Shown: piece by piece, positions 12,561 through 26,286 of the stretch
How the letters are laid out: each line of letters opens with the position of its first letter
Position numbering within the stretch: position 1 is the stretch's first letter
DNA from: Octopus sinensis
Lineage: Eukaryota
NCBI RefSeq assembly: GCF_006345805.1
Contig: NC_043005.1
Coordinates: 5,828,001-5,892,000, forward strand
Direction: 5' to 3'
DNA: 64,000 bases
Notes under the pieces: model-generated
What the model was told of the DNA's origin: nothing
Databases searched by the model: none
The model's input: the letters and a program-made list of their open reading frames with translations, nothing else
Translations under genes and position numbers: made by a program

Positions 12561-14454
12561 AACTGGGTTGCTTATTCAGTGCAAACCATAGTTACTATGT
12601 TATCTAAGATAAGTTTAAACTTAATGAACCTGTCGCATACTCTATCTCAATAATTTTATCTATCCCTTTCTTTTCTAACAATATACTTATTCTACCTATC
12701 CAGTTCTGTTACCCACCCAGAAATACTTGTATCTGTGATGGGTGTAGTTGGGGCTCTGTGGTTCAGAAGTTTGCTTCCCAGCCGCCTGGTTTCAGGTTCA
12801 GTCCCACTGCATGGCACCTTGAGAAAGTGTCTTCCAGGTCAATTAAAGCCTTGGGAATGGCTTTGGTAGATGGAAACTGAAAGAAACCTGTTGTAACTGT
12901 ATATATATATATATGTATAAAACATATATACATGTATAAATGTTTGTTTTATGTCATGTTATATGTGTAAAAAAACGATTAAACATTAAAGTGAAGGATT
13001 ACTCATTACTGGTTAGTGGAGTACATTTTATCCAAGGAAATGGTTGATAGTGACTTCAAAGTTTTGACATGCTCACCGTGTGTGTGTATGCATGGATGGA
13101 TGTCTGTGTGTGTGTGTGTGCTTGTGTCTACTTGTCTTCACAACATCTGATAGCTCTAAGCAAGCATCACTGTCATACAAGCAGTGCCATTTGTTTCCAC
13201 TCTTCCATGGAAACTCATCCTGCCATGAGGAACTATTACCTTGTTTGAAAACAGGTGAGTGTTGATGTCAGGAGGGACATCTGGCTGTTGTGTCTCAATG
13301 ACACTGTTACGTCCTTCTTTGAACTCACTGTACATGCCACTTTATAACATGGACTTATAATAATACAAATATAAATCAGAAACAAACAGAACAAACAATA
13401 TTTCTTCTCGATGACTTCTACAACTGTCTTCACAAAGCACCTGCACACACCACACTGTCCTTCATTGACAGTGTCCATGCGCCTTTATACAGTTTAGGAC
13501 AGTTGGCTTGCTATCCCACAAGAGTGTCAAGATTTCACCACAACACTGGCTATAGAAAATCTGCTGCAATGAATTCCATCTGAGCCATACAAGTATGGAA
13601 AAGTGGATGATGATGATGATGAAGAAGAGGGGAAGGAGGATGGTGGTGATGTATGTGTAAATGGCTGGCTTTTCCACTGTTTCAGTCAGTCAAATGGCAC
13701 TCACATCAAGCATAGCTACCAGGTTGTATGTTCCATATTTCTATTGCTGTCCCTATTCAAACAATATCTGCTTTTGTTTCAAATAATGAAAGAAAAATTC
13801 TGTAAACAGTAATTTGGGTAGGATTGATTTTGAAATACTATCTGTAAGCATTCATGCATATCTACAAACAATACACACACACACCGCATATACATGTGTG
13901 TATATATGTGTGTGTGTGTGTGTATATATATATATACACACACGCACATACACATATACTTGCATATATATACACACATGTACTATACGTACACGTGTAT
14001 ACAAATTTATTTATTTATTTATCTATTTACTTATCTACTTCATTATCAACAGCTGTTTGTGTACTCTGAAGTTTAGGACCTTTTGAAATGTTTATAGTGA
14101 CATATAATTGCAGTGTGTAGTATACATATATACTAGGATCTAATTATTGATTTGAAAAGTATATGTGTAATAGATAAAGTAATGATAGTCTGAATAGAGC
14201 AAGGGGTTCCTATCTAGGTTTAGATTTTTCAATGCATAAATAGGACCAAAATCTTTATGAATTTCTTTTCTGTTTTGTTGTTGGTTATCCATATTTAGAG
14301 CAACACCAAACTATTAACATCTTTTGAAGTCACCCTGGTACTGATGAGGATTTCAGCAGTCTGGTGAATCTGGTAATCCTTTGGAATTCGGAATCATAAA
14401 AAAAAAAATGACTATCCCTTGATATAGAGTAAAGTGCTTGAGTGTGTGTGTGTG

Positions 14455-14499
<45 letters not shown>

Positions 14500-14629
14500 A
14501 GTGTGTGTGTGTGTGTGCGTGTGTTGACTTTAAGTGCAGGTATGAACGGATTTTATATATGTAACCAGGATTTTGAGAGCCAAAGAAGTGTATTATATTT
14601 GTCCTTTTTGTGAAAGATTTCTTCGTCAT

Positions 14630-15045
14630 CTAAAGATCTGTGTCTGGCCTTCACAAACTTTTCTACATATTAAACATGGCCACTTCCTGGATAACAGCAG
14701 AGGCAAGATTCTTCTTTCTTTTAACTTAAACCTTTGTCTTTGCTAAATTTACAACCAACTACTAAGATATTAGGTGACTGGTTTTGGTTTCCTGAAACTG
14801 ATGTTCCAAATAGACTGTTCACGTCATAGAACTCTAAGAACTTTAACCCTTTTTCATTCCTTCTATTATCTTCATAACCCCCATGTACATCAAAGTTTCC
14901 ATCATGGTGTTTCTCAACATGTCTGTGATAACAAAGTCATTGTCATGTGTTAGCAAGATTATCCGGAAGAGGACCTCGTAAAAACAGTGCTTTTTCTCAT
15001 CTGCCAGTCTTGCATGTTCAGAGATCACTGTTGCTATCATGTTGC
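14630..15045 (-). mobile_element. Second degraded RTE-like AP endonuclease fragment
   Basis: Nucleotide similarity to 12200-12560 (gaggacctc.taaaaac.g...tttttctcatctg.cagtc). Confidence 0.65.
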
Positions 15046-16636
15046 TGATGATGTGTTTAAACTTAATTAGTCTGTCACATACTCAGACAGTTTCAGTTAT
15101 TTTATCTATTTTCTGTAAAGGCTTTCTAATTTATCTAAAGATCTATGTCTGGTCTTCACAGATCTCTCTTATACGCTGAAGAAGACTGTTATGTTGAGTG
15201 TGGCTGTTTGTGTAGATCAGTTGTTTTCAATCTTTCTTGATTTTGTGGGTCACTAGGGACCAATCAGAAAAAATCTGGTACATTTTATATGGAAAGCACA
15301 AATCAATAACTATATTTTAAAGTTAAAATGTGGAAAATAGTAAAATAAATGTATGGAAAACCTTTGAGCAATGCAGGCGAGAAGTTAATGAAGGCACATA
15401 AAATAATGTTATTGAATGAGAACAAAATTATTGTCTTAACCTTACATACAATGTTAATGATCCAATAATATTTCAGGGAAAATATCTCTTTCTGAAATAC
15501 AAGAGAAAAAAAATGATAGAAGTCATCATCATCTTTTAACGTCTGTTTTCCATGCTAGCATGGGTTGGATGGTTTGACTGGGGTCTGGGAAGCCAGGAAG
15601 CTGCACCAGGCTCCAGTCTGATCTGGCAGTGTTTCTACAGCTGGATGCCCTTCCTAACGCCAACCACTCCGTGAGTGCAGTGGATGCTTTTTACGTGCCA
15701 CAGGCACAGGGGCCAGAGGTAGTTGGCAACAGCCATGATCAGTTCGTGCTTTTTACATGCCACCGGCACAGAAGCCAGTCAAGGCGGCACTGGCATCGGC
15801 CACATTCAGCACAGGTATCATAGCTACAAATATGCTAGCTTCATTTCTTTCGAGCCTACGCATGTCCTCCGCAGTCACAGCCTGTTTCACTGCCGAAAAG
15901 CATGGCAGTTCGCACACATGCATCGTACAATCTACCTTTCACTCTGAGTGAGAGACCCTTTGTCACCAGTAGGGGTAGAAGCTTTCTAAACTTTGCCCAG
16001 GCTATTCATATTCAGTGGTGCTTCTACCTGGCACAAAACCGAACTGCATCTCATCTAAGCAAACTCTCTCCCTAATGGGATGGGCAATGACCCTCTCCGT
16101 GACCTTCATCACCTGATCCAGCAGTTTGATACCACATAGGTGTCTGAAAAATATGTTGTTATCAGCATGCTGTACCAATATGTTATGGTCAAGCTACGAG
16201 TATCATGAACTTTGTGTGTAACTGTGATTGGATGAGATAAGTAGTGTCAGCACAGCAGCAGGTGACATGGTATGATGACAGCAACAGCAGTAGGTAACAT
16301 AGCATGACAAATTAGCGTGGATGTATAATGGGGGTCCTGGGAAAGGCTAATGAGCAATAGATTGACTTTAAGGTGAAAATAGCAGGTAACAAAAATACAT
16401 TGAAAACTATTGATTATCTTGTCTTATTAATGATACTGAGTATAAGACACTCAGACATTTTCCAGACACTCAAGCATATTGCCTTTCTAAAGCTTTATAT
16501 TTATAAATTTAAAAATTGTTGTATACCTAGATACTCACTGCAATACAGTATTTCAGAACCTTTAATGTGAACTATCTTCATGTGTTCTATGATTGTGTTT
16601 AACAAGTCTATATTTGTCAGTTCATTGTGTCATATA

Positions 16637-16777
16637 TAAGGTTGTCCCAAAAGTTCGTAGAAAGTTTTGGAAAATAAAGGTCTTTATTTTGAGGAATAAT
16701 TTTTGTTGTTTTTGTTAGTACTTGGCGAGTAAAAATTCAATTTTCGCAAGTGTTTACGAACTTTTGGGACAACCTAA
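16637..16777. mobile_element. Tc1/mariner-type MITE
   Basis: Perfect 21-bp inverted repeat AGGTTGTCCCAAAAGTTCGTA with TA dinucleotide flanks. Confidence 0.8.
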
Positions 16778-17873
16778 TATTATGTTACTTTATAAAAGCC
16801 AAGCCACAATCAAGATTCACAAGCATGTAACCTGTATCATGCTTTTGCTAATGGTTTTAAGTGTTTGTGTTTTCACGAGTAGACATAAGATACCCTCTTG
16901 ACTTTCCTAGCATTTAACCCAGCAGCACATCCAGGATGTGAAGGCTGGAGAGAGAAAGAGAGAGAGAGAGAGAGCTGCATTAGCACTTCAGCTGAATAAG
17001 CTGAAGCAACAAGAAACAAAAGTGCCTTGTTCAAGGACGGTGCACTGCTCAGTACAGGAATTGAACCCATGTTGTTATGATTATCAGCCCAAACACCATA
17101 ACTACTTGACCATATGTCTTCACATGTTAATCTACACAAACTCTCTATGATTTCATGATTTGATTAATCAGAGAAGGGACATAAGTGACCACCACCATTT
17201 GAAGACCTTCAGATTAGTAAGAAGGAGGAAGAAGGTTATTTTTAGACTTTGGATCTTGTTAGAATATTTGCAACAGAGTGAAACATGGTAAAGGTATCAA
17301 ATGTCCAGGTCTTGATATAAGGACAAGTGACTATAATAACAGATATACCCATGATTGTAAAAAACAAAAAGTGGGAAAGTCACTTCTAAAATATCTTTGA
17401 TCAAAACAGCAACTTTGTATAAGATTTTCTTTTTCTCTCTCTTTATATAAAGGTTGTGATTTTAAGCCTGTCACCCTGTGTGATTGGTGACCAAGTCACA
17501 CTGTTTTAATATACTTGACCTGCGTTTCTGTCGGTTTCATCAATGAGTGTTCCATTTGGTCCAATCAACGGAACAGCCTCCTCATCAAATGAACGCACAA
17601 GTGGCTGAGCACTCCATTGACACATATCCTTAATGTAGTTCTCTGGGGGATTCACTGTGACACAGAAAATGACAAAGTGGGCCCATTTGAATTACAGGTA
17701 CAACTCACTTTTGCTAGCTGTGTGGAGTGAAACAATGTGAAATAAAGTGTCTTGCTCAAGGACACACTGCATCGTCGGGAATCAAACTTGTGACCTTAAG
17801 ATTGTGAGTTGAAAACTCTAACCACTAAGCCATACTCTTCCATTTTAATGTACTTATGTCCTCTGTATAAATC

Positions 17874-18357
17874 TACCATAGTCTTCTGAACACCTTACTT
17901 CCCTGGGCATGGATACACTGAAACTCCGACGTCTGGCAGCTGGCTTGGCAGACACCCATAAAATTATTAACCATCTTACAAACAATAACTCTGAGCACCT
18001 TTTCAAACTCCACCCGTCTAACACCCGTGGACATGTTTACAAAGTCAGAAAACAGCACAGCTCCCATGACTTTCGGAAACATTTTTTCACGCTTAGAGTT
18101 GCTGAAGCATGGAACAAACTGCCGGCATCAGTTGTTAGTTGTCAGAGTACTGCATCCTTCAAAACTTCCATGCTTTCTGAGATTCGCCAACACTACACCA
18201 GATTTTCTCCCCTCCATACACACACAAGCGTGTATCTGACTCATACACTGTTCGCTTTCCAGACATTTTTACATTACTGCATGTACTTTATATGCACTTT
18301 CTGACAAGTTGTGGTGCACCTGAACACTGTATACAATAATTTCATTGTTATTATTAT
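17874..18357 (+). mobile_element. 5'-truncated CR1-clade LINE 3' end
   Basis: TLKLRRL...RGHVYKVRKQHSSHDFRKHFFTLRVAEAWNKLP is the CR1 ORF2 C-terminus; 3' stem-loop ggtgcacctgaacactgt and (ATT)n tail. Confidence 0.85.
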
Positions 18358-18787
18358 ACACAAGGTGATTGTGTTGTGGCCTTGAATGTAGAAACTGGCA
18401 TGACTGTGTCATTTCTGTTCTAATATATACTCCACTCCTTTACATTTGATGGATCACTGTATTGTATTAATGTACCATTGCCTTATCATAGTATTAACCT
18501 CATTATTCAGGTTGTAATCCATACACACTGCAATTTCCGTTAATCTCAGCTTAGAGGCAAAAGTATAAATTCACTAACCAAATTAACTTATGTGTTCACT
18601 TCCTAAACAAGGAGCAAACAAGGAAGATTCTATGTAACATCCAACCAGATAGAAACAGCAGTTAAATTTCTCTCAAACCACACATTACCTTCTTATATTA
18701 CGGAAGGATATATTGGATAATGTAATCCTACATACACCATGAATGTTAAGAAAAAACATGCAGTAGTGTCTTATGGAACGTACACAT

Positions 18788-18906
18788 TTTTCGTGGAAAC
18801 AAGGATTAGAATCGAAGGGCCTTAGAGTCAACCTAGCTAAAACCAAAGTCCTAATGAGTAGGAAGGCAGACAAACAACAAATCCCTTTATGTAGATGGCC
18901 CTGCTG
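18788..18906 (+). mobile_element. RTE-like LINE RT fragment
   Basis: WKQGLESKGLRVNLAKTKVLMSRK...RWPC motif. Confidence 0.7.
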
Positions 18907-18984
18907 TTCAACCAACGGCAGTGCTCCAGCATGGCTGCAGTCACATGACTGAAACAAGTAAAACAATAAAAATCTATGCCATTT

Positions 18985-19280
18985 TAATCCTGAGCAAGGC
19001 CGGGTATCTCTGCTAGTATATCTATTATATAAAATCCATTCTGTCTGTGTGTGTGTCTTCTAGGATCTTGGGCATTCTCCATCCGATTGCGCTCAAATTT
19101 GATATGTAGATACTGACAATATCAGGGCGTGTATAAGTCTTGAAAAAATTATAAAAACTGATTCCAGGTGAGAATGCGATTGATAAAGCCGTGGGAATGT
19201 GCATTTGTACACGCAAGTACATCAGCTGTTGCGATTGATATTACATGTACACGAGAAAAATGCACGGTGTCTCAAATTTA
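18985..19280 (+). mobile_element. Helitron-like fragments: a 3' end followed by a 5' end
   Basis: gcaaggccgggtatctctgCTAG-tata-TCtattatataaaatcc..ctgtctgtgtgtg; same terminal architecture as 58863-59693. Confidence 0.6.
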
Positions 19281-19665
19281 GGTTAAATCAGTGTTTCTCA
19301 AAGGGGAGGCCTATGGGTCGGTCGGACAAGTTGTTTTGAGAAAATTTGGTTTAAATGTTTGACAACTCAGCACCGTCCATTAGACGGGGGAGCGTTTTAC
19401 TTGTATATATATATATATAATTTATTTTTACAAAGAAAAAATCAACAAATTTTATATTCTACATGTATTGAATACTTTGCCAGTAATGTTTGAAGGTCTT
19501 TTTGTATAATTTTATATAAAACCCACATGCTCACACACATTTGTGTGTGTGTGTGTACATCATGATACAGTTTTACTATATATTTGTTACATATATTATA
19601 GGCATGCATGTTTGTGCAGCATTACATTAAAAATGTCCCGTTGCTATATTTCCAGATCCCTCACC

Positions 19666-19764
19666 ATGCTCCACAATATCGGTTCTACTGATGCTTTACT
19701 CAGTAGAGTTTCACAACAACTCAATCAGAACAGAAAGTCTACCAAGAGCAATGATGATCTGCAG
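19666..19764 (+). CDS. C19orf44: C19orf44-like coding exon 1 ([33 protein letters not shown])
   Basis: Acceptor ttccag| at 19655, 10 nt of UTR, tcaccATG context, donor CAG|gtattt in phase 0. An upstream non-coding exon is therefore implied. Confidence 0.75.
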
Positions 19765-22700
19765 GTATTTAAGCTTTAACCTATTCGATACCATTCCACC
19801 CGTGACTGTCCTCTGGTTCTTGCTTTAAAGTGTTTTAAATTTAAACATTTCATTGAAATTTCCTGTTAATTTATGCTTCAAACACTGACAAAGTTATTTT
19901 ACTAAATTCTTCATTATTTTAAAAATTAATTGAAAGAAAGGTAAGGTATTTCAACAGAAATATGTTAACAAAAGGATTAAGCAGACCTTATGGGCAAAGG
20001 CATCCCAGCCATGACCATCCATCAGTTTTTATTTAATAACAGTAAATCCTTGACTATATCATCCAGTGATGGTAGGGTGGGATTTAACCATTTAGATACT
20101 AACACACCTGAGACCACCCCTAGTTTTATGTTACAAACACCATGTTTTAAAGTGATCTAAATTAAAACATTAATTTACATTCCAAATACCAGATTAATCC
20201 ATAAAGTGCTGGGGCTTGCACTCACATAGCATGGACTGCTGAGCACATTTTATGAAAATGAGACTACCATGCATACATAAAAAACAAAAAAAGTAGTTAA
20301 AATATCTTCTTAGTATTTAATGGTGGAAAGTTTTACATCATCTGAGAAGTCACTAGTTGAACTATTAGTCTTCTTGCATTTTAAGGTTATACATGACATC
20401 AGAAGTAGTGTGCAAGAGAGAAGACTGCATTGATATGGCTATGTAATGTGTATGAATGAAGGCAGTTGCATCAAGAAGTGTCAATCTCTAATTATAGACG
20501 GAACATATGGAAGGGGATAGACCCAGGAAGATCTGGGATGAAGAGGTGAGAAATGATGTACAAACGTTGGGACTCACAGAGGGGATGACAGGGGACTGAG
20601 ACTTCTGGTGGTTTGTTGTGCTTGAAAAGACATGTCAAGCTAAGTAAAAGCATGGTTGCCCTTGCATGCAGGCTCCTCTTTTGCAATGCTCTCCTGCTGA
20701 GCATCCCTAATCTTGCAGGCTTGTAAGTGCTGGTGCCACGTAAAAAGTACCCATGCTGGTACTGCATAAAAGCACCCAGTACACTCTGTAAAGTGGTTGG
20801 CATTAGGAAGGGCATCCAGCCATAGGAACCATGTCAAAACAGACATGGAACTTGAATAGCCCTTCAGCTGGTCAGTTCCTGTCTCAAACTGTCCAGTCCA
20901 TGCCAGCATGGAAAATGAGCATTAAATGATGATGATGATGATGATGTTGTTGTACATCTTAAACTTTGTGACAATGTATGTCGTTTATATTTTTATTATA
21001 GTAAACAATTGCAATTCTTTGATTCATTATATTTTTGTTCTTACGTTTTAGAACTATTTAAATTCCCTGAAGAAACAAACCAAAGGTGGTTCTGTAACAT
21101 TCAAAGACATCAGTGATATTTCTTTCTCCAGTGAAGACACAAGCATTGATATCTCTGACTCAAGTAAGCAGGATGTTCAGGAGAAATTTTTTAAAAAGGA
21201 CTTAAATTTTCGAAACAATTCATTTATAAAACCATCACCTAATCTGTCCATTATGAAACGGAGTCAAACTGATGAGCTGTTGAATTCGAAATCTTTTGAT
21301 TCAGAAATTGGTAACCTCACACCTTCATTTCAAAAAGCGAAAAGCTCAGCACAGACTTCAAGTGCATTGGAGAGAGCTTCTAAACTGTTTGCCAAGTTTG
21401 GAAAAAAATCTTCTGATGTCGGTAGATCATCTGGAGTGAAGTCACATAAAAATGATAATGAAAGCAGCTCTGGGAAATTACAGAATGACAGAAAGAACTA
21501 CAGTCATGATCTTGACAAATCTACATCAGATGACAATATTGGTAAAAGTGGTCGACGTTTTCTTAAGCCACAGTTATCTAAAGAATCACACAGTGGTGTT
21601 CTGTCAGCTGTCACAGACAAAGAATCGGAGAAAAAATCTGAATTAAAAACAGGTTAGTTGAATTGATTCACTTTGAATGATTAATATCAAGTGTTTTGTT
21701 GGATTTATTTTCCTTATATTTCTAATTGCTGGCATGGATGGCTTTGTGGTTAAGAAGTTTGCTTTGGATCTATGTTGTGAGTGGTTCAGTTCATTGTATG
21801 GATGGTTTTGGTTAATGATCTGTACTATAGCTGATGATCAACTAATACTTTGTGAGTGAAATTGGTAGACAGAAACTGAAAGAAGCCTGTTGTGTGTGTG
21901 TGTGTGAGTATGCATGCAATATGTGTGTGTGAGCTATTTTGTACTCTTGTCTTACACATATTTGCTAACTTGTAAGCAAAACAACAATCTCCCTATCACA
22001 TTCAGGCAGTGTCATACGCTTGCAGTCAACTGCAAAAACACACCTGGGCTTCTGGACATGTTTTAATATGTTGCACAATCTTTGTGAACAAAATCGCTTG
22101 TAACTTCGTCTGACTGTTTGTTGTTTGATAGAGGAAATATTACCTTATTTGGAAATAGATAAAGGTTGGTGACAGGAAGAGCATCCAGCTGTTGAAAATC
22201 TGCCTCAAAGAATTCCGTTTCCCCCATGCAAGCAGGGAAAAGTAGATGTTAAAACGATGATGATATATGTTTTGTTTGTTTATCATTTCTTCTGAAACTA
22301 TTATCAGTGCCACTACAGGGGAATCTTTAGGCAACTCCAATGATGCAGTCATCATTAGAAATCTGTCTCTTATAGTTGGAAAGAAAGGAAAGATGTCACC
22401 TGAATCACAGATGGTGGCTCATGGGTGGATGTTTTCTATCTTGATTTCACCAAAGTTTTTAATTCTGTGCCATTCAAATGACTCATAGCAAAGCTCTCTG
22501 CGGTGGGCATGAAAGGTAATCTTTATAACTGGTTAGAGTCCTTCATTCTCAGCAGAAAAGAATTAGTCACAGTTAGGACAACATTCTGCACTTTATGTGA
22601 TAATACCTGGTGTCCTGCAGGGATTATTTGCTATTTATTTCATGCATAAATGAATCAGGTGCCAATATGAAGCATGTTACTGTGCTAAACACAGGAAGAC

Positions 22701-23720
22701 AACATTAAGCTGTGCCTTGAGGTAAAGAGACCAGATCCTATACACTATAAATCTTTCCTGCAATCTGACCTACACACAAGGCAATAATGAACTACTGACT
22801 GATAACTCAAGACAACTGTCAACCAGGGCATCATTTTGGGAGGAAAAACCTGAAATTTACTTACTCTCTTCACAACACTTATCTTAAAAAGTTTGCTGGT
22901 GAATGTGATATAAGCATTATAAACAATAATCTGCATAACATGGACCATATTTCTAAAAATTACCAAATCAGGCAAAACTGTCTTAGCATCATTCAGTAAA
23001 ACCTTTGTCAGCTGCCCCAAAATTACCCATGTAAAGCTCAATATGGCTATAGTACATCCACACTTAGAGATTGTATCTCCAGTCAGGGGAACCCCTATCA
23101 ATCTGCTGGAAGCTGCCCGGAGACACACAACCAAATATCCACTGTTAGTCACTTACCGTACCTTGAACATATTGCCTCCCTGGGGACCAACACTTAAAAC
23201 TTTGATGTCTAGCAACTGACTTAGTAGAAGACCACGAGATTGTCCAGCATCTTTCTAACAAGTTTGGCCACCTTTTTCAATTCAATACCACCAATGGACA
23301 TGTTCATAAAATCAAAAAATAGAAACTGTTGAGAGATTTTTTTCGTGTTTGGAATTGTCAAAGTATGGAATAAAACTACTCACATCAGCTACGAGCTATC
23401 AGGACACTTCATCCTTCAAAAATTCCATGCATCCCTAAATTCACCAACCTGCCTATACACCCTTTGCTCTTTATGTCTTTTTTGCTGTCTGCTTTTCTCT
23501 CGCTTTTTCTTTTATTCTGTGCATCATGTATGTACTTTTAACTTTCACTGCTGTCTTTCTTTACTTGACTTATATATCTGATTTCTGTCCCCCTTTTTAA
23601 CCTTTTCTGATGAGTTTCAGTGCACCTCAGCACTGTCTACAATAAGCTGCACAAACTCTTGTTTCATTGTTCATTCCAAGCGAGAGAATAATCTTCCTTC
23701 AAGTATATATGTATATAAAT

Positions 23721-23763
<43 letters not shown>

Positions 23764-23779
23764 CGTATGTATGTATATT

Positions 23780-23813
<34 letters not shown>

Positions 23814-24437
23814 AATACAATTGCAGCGTGGAAGGTGTTTATAAGCCATTTAAGAAACACACAAAAGCCGTTCGATTCACTTCAACATTTAAGTTTAATT
23901 TGTCAAAATATTTTCGTCGCTATAAGACCGCGACCTGTTCACTGACAAAAATATTTTGACAAATTAAACTTAAATGTTGAAGTGAATCGAACGGCTTTTG
24001 TGTGTTTCTTAAATGGCTTACAAATACCTTCCACACTGCAATTGTTTTTATTTCAGCACACGATCTCAGATCAAATCACTTGCTATGCAAGTACATCTCC
24101 GTAATATATATAAATATATATATATATATATATGAGATCATGACTAATTCTAATGATTTCTGGCCTTGTCTTGTATGGCAAACACTAGATTTCCACCATT
24201 TCTTCATGTTGCCATGTTGTATTCCAGAAAGTGTCAAAGAAGTCTCGCATAGTTACTCTGGTGTGACATCAGGTGATGAAAGTCTGGCAGAGTTTATTGG
24301 TAAACTTGAATCTCCAAGTGAAGCGACTCATGAAGATATCCCAAAGGAACTTGTAAGTTAATCAGTGAGATAAATCTTAAATCTCTCCTCTCTGACTTAC
24401 AGAGTATATTTCTAGTTTCTCTTTGCCTTATAAAGAT

Positions 24438-24472
<35 letters not shown>

Positions 24473-25325
24473 TTATTATTTGATGAAAACTCTCAACTTA
24501 TTTTGTCGAGTATGATGGAGAATGTCAGCTGTCCACAGCGAGTAGACTAAGGTAACACTTGTTCACTGGTCATGCTTCAAGAACCTTGCAAAGAATTCTT
24601 GCAGTTCCAACTTGTACTAATCTTTTTGAGCCATGCTGGTAGCTGAGGGCTGACACTTCCAAGTGTGCCACTTACCATCGGTATCATGTCTACTCTCCTC
24701 ATTGACCTCAACCTTCGTATTTCCCCGACTCGTGGCCGATGCCAGCACCGCCTCGACTGGCTTCCGTGCCGGTGGCACATAAAATACACCAATCTGACCG
24801 TGGCCGTTGCCAGCCTCGCCTGGCACCTGTGCAGGTGGCACGTAAAAAGCACCCACTACACTCACGGAGTGGTTGGCGTTAGGAAGGGCATCCAGCTGTA
24901 GAAACATTGCCAGATAAGACTGGAGCCTGGTGCAGCCTTCTGGCTTCCCAGAACCCCGGTCGAACCGTCCAACCCATGCTAGCATGGAGAACGGACGTTA
25001 AACGATGTAGTTGTTCAGTTTTTTTTGTTTTTTCTCCGGGGCATGCTATGTCGATGATCATGCATGTTCTTTCATTTTTATTCACCACAACAATGTCTCG
25101 TTTCCGATGCCTGGTCAGGTGATCGCACTGAGTCATTGTGTCCCTCAGAATTTTGAAATTTTCATTCATAGTGACTCCTAAGCTTTGCTCACACCATGGC
25201 TTTGCTCTTTGTAGGCTGTGATTTCCACAGAGCTCCCAATAATAATAATAATAATAATAATAATGATAATAATATTAATAATAATAGCAGCAGCAGCAAC
25301 CACCACTGCCACCACCATCACCACT

Positions 25326-25356
<31 letters not shown>

Positions 25357-26245
25357 TTAATGAGGATGCATGGCCTAGTAGTTAGGGTGTTGCACTCATA
25401 ATCATGAGACTGTGGTTTCAATTCCTAGACTGGGCAGTGTGTTGTGTTCTTGAGCAAAACATTTCATCGTGTGTTACTTTGTGGTCATTTTGACTCCTGA
25501 TGCGTGGTATGCCGTGCACCTGTTCAGGCAATGTCGATTTGATGGAGAGAGTGAGCTAATGTGTAGGTATGAACATTTGATCACTATAAACAAAACAAAA
25601 TCATTTGTGCAGTTCATTGGGCAAAGAAGCTGAAAAACTCATACGTTATCTTTGACAGAGAATCCATCATTAATAACAATAATAATAATAATAATAATAA
25701 TATTGTTCTAAAATTTTGGCACAAGGCCAGCAATTTTTGGGGAAGGTAAATTGATTACATCAACCCCATTGCTTGATTGCTATTTATTTCATCAACCACA
25801 AAAAAATGAAAGGCAAAGCTGACCTTAGCAGAATTTGAACTCAGAACATAAAGCTAGAAGAAATGCTGCTGAACATTTTGTCTGGCATGCTAACCACTCC
25901 GCCAGCTTGACACCTGAATAATATTAATAAAAATAATAATAATGACAACGATTACCAGTAAAGTACCAGGACCTAGCCATTGAGTTACAAAGGCTATGGG
26001 AAGTGTATGTGAAATGTATCCTTGTAGTTATAGGTGCATTAGGACCTATCCTTAAAGATTTGAACAGATGGATAGAGGAAATAGGCATAGAACCTAGTTT
26101 AGTGCAGCTCCAGAAAACAATATTATTAGGGACAGTTAGGATAGTTAGGAAGGTTCTTGGCATCTAAGGTTACTTATTACAGCCCTATACAAGGAACTTT
26201 TCTTTTCCAACAGTTCATCTGTTGTATGTGTATGAAGTAATAATA

Positions 26246-26286
<41 letters not shown>

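Noticed and set aside
21261-21302. CTGATGA...GAAA with an 8-bp flanking stem inside coding exon 2
   Set aside because: No stem II and no valid NUH triplet; coincidental in coding sequence.
22318-22430. Possible extra C19orf44 exon ([18 protein letters not shown]...)
   Set aside because: A phase-1 acceptor exists, but I found no phase-1 GT donor to join exon 3.
23607-23660. CTGATGA hammerhead-like start
   Set aside because: Homologous to the CR1 3' terminal stem-loop at about 18300-18340; no GAAA core.
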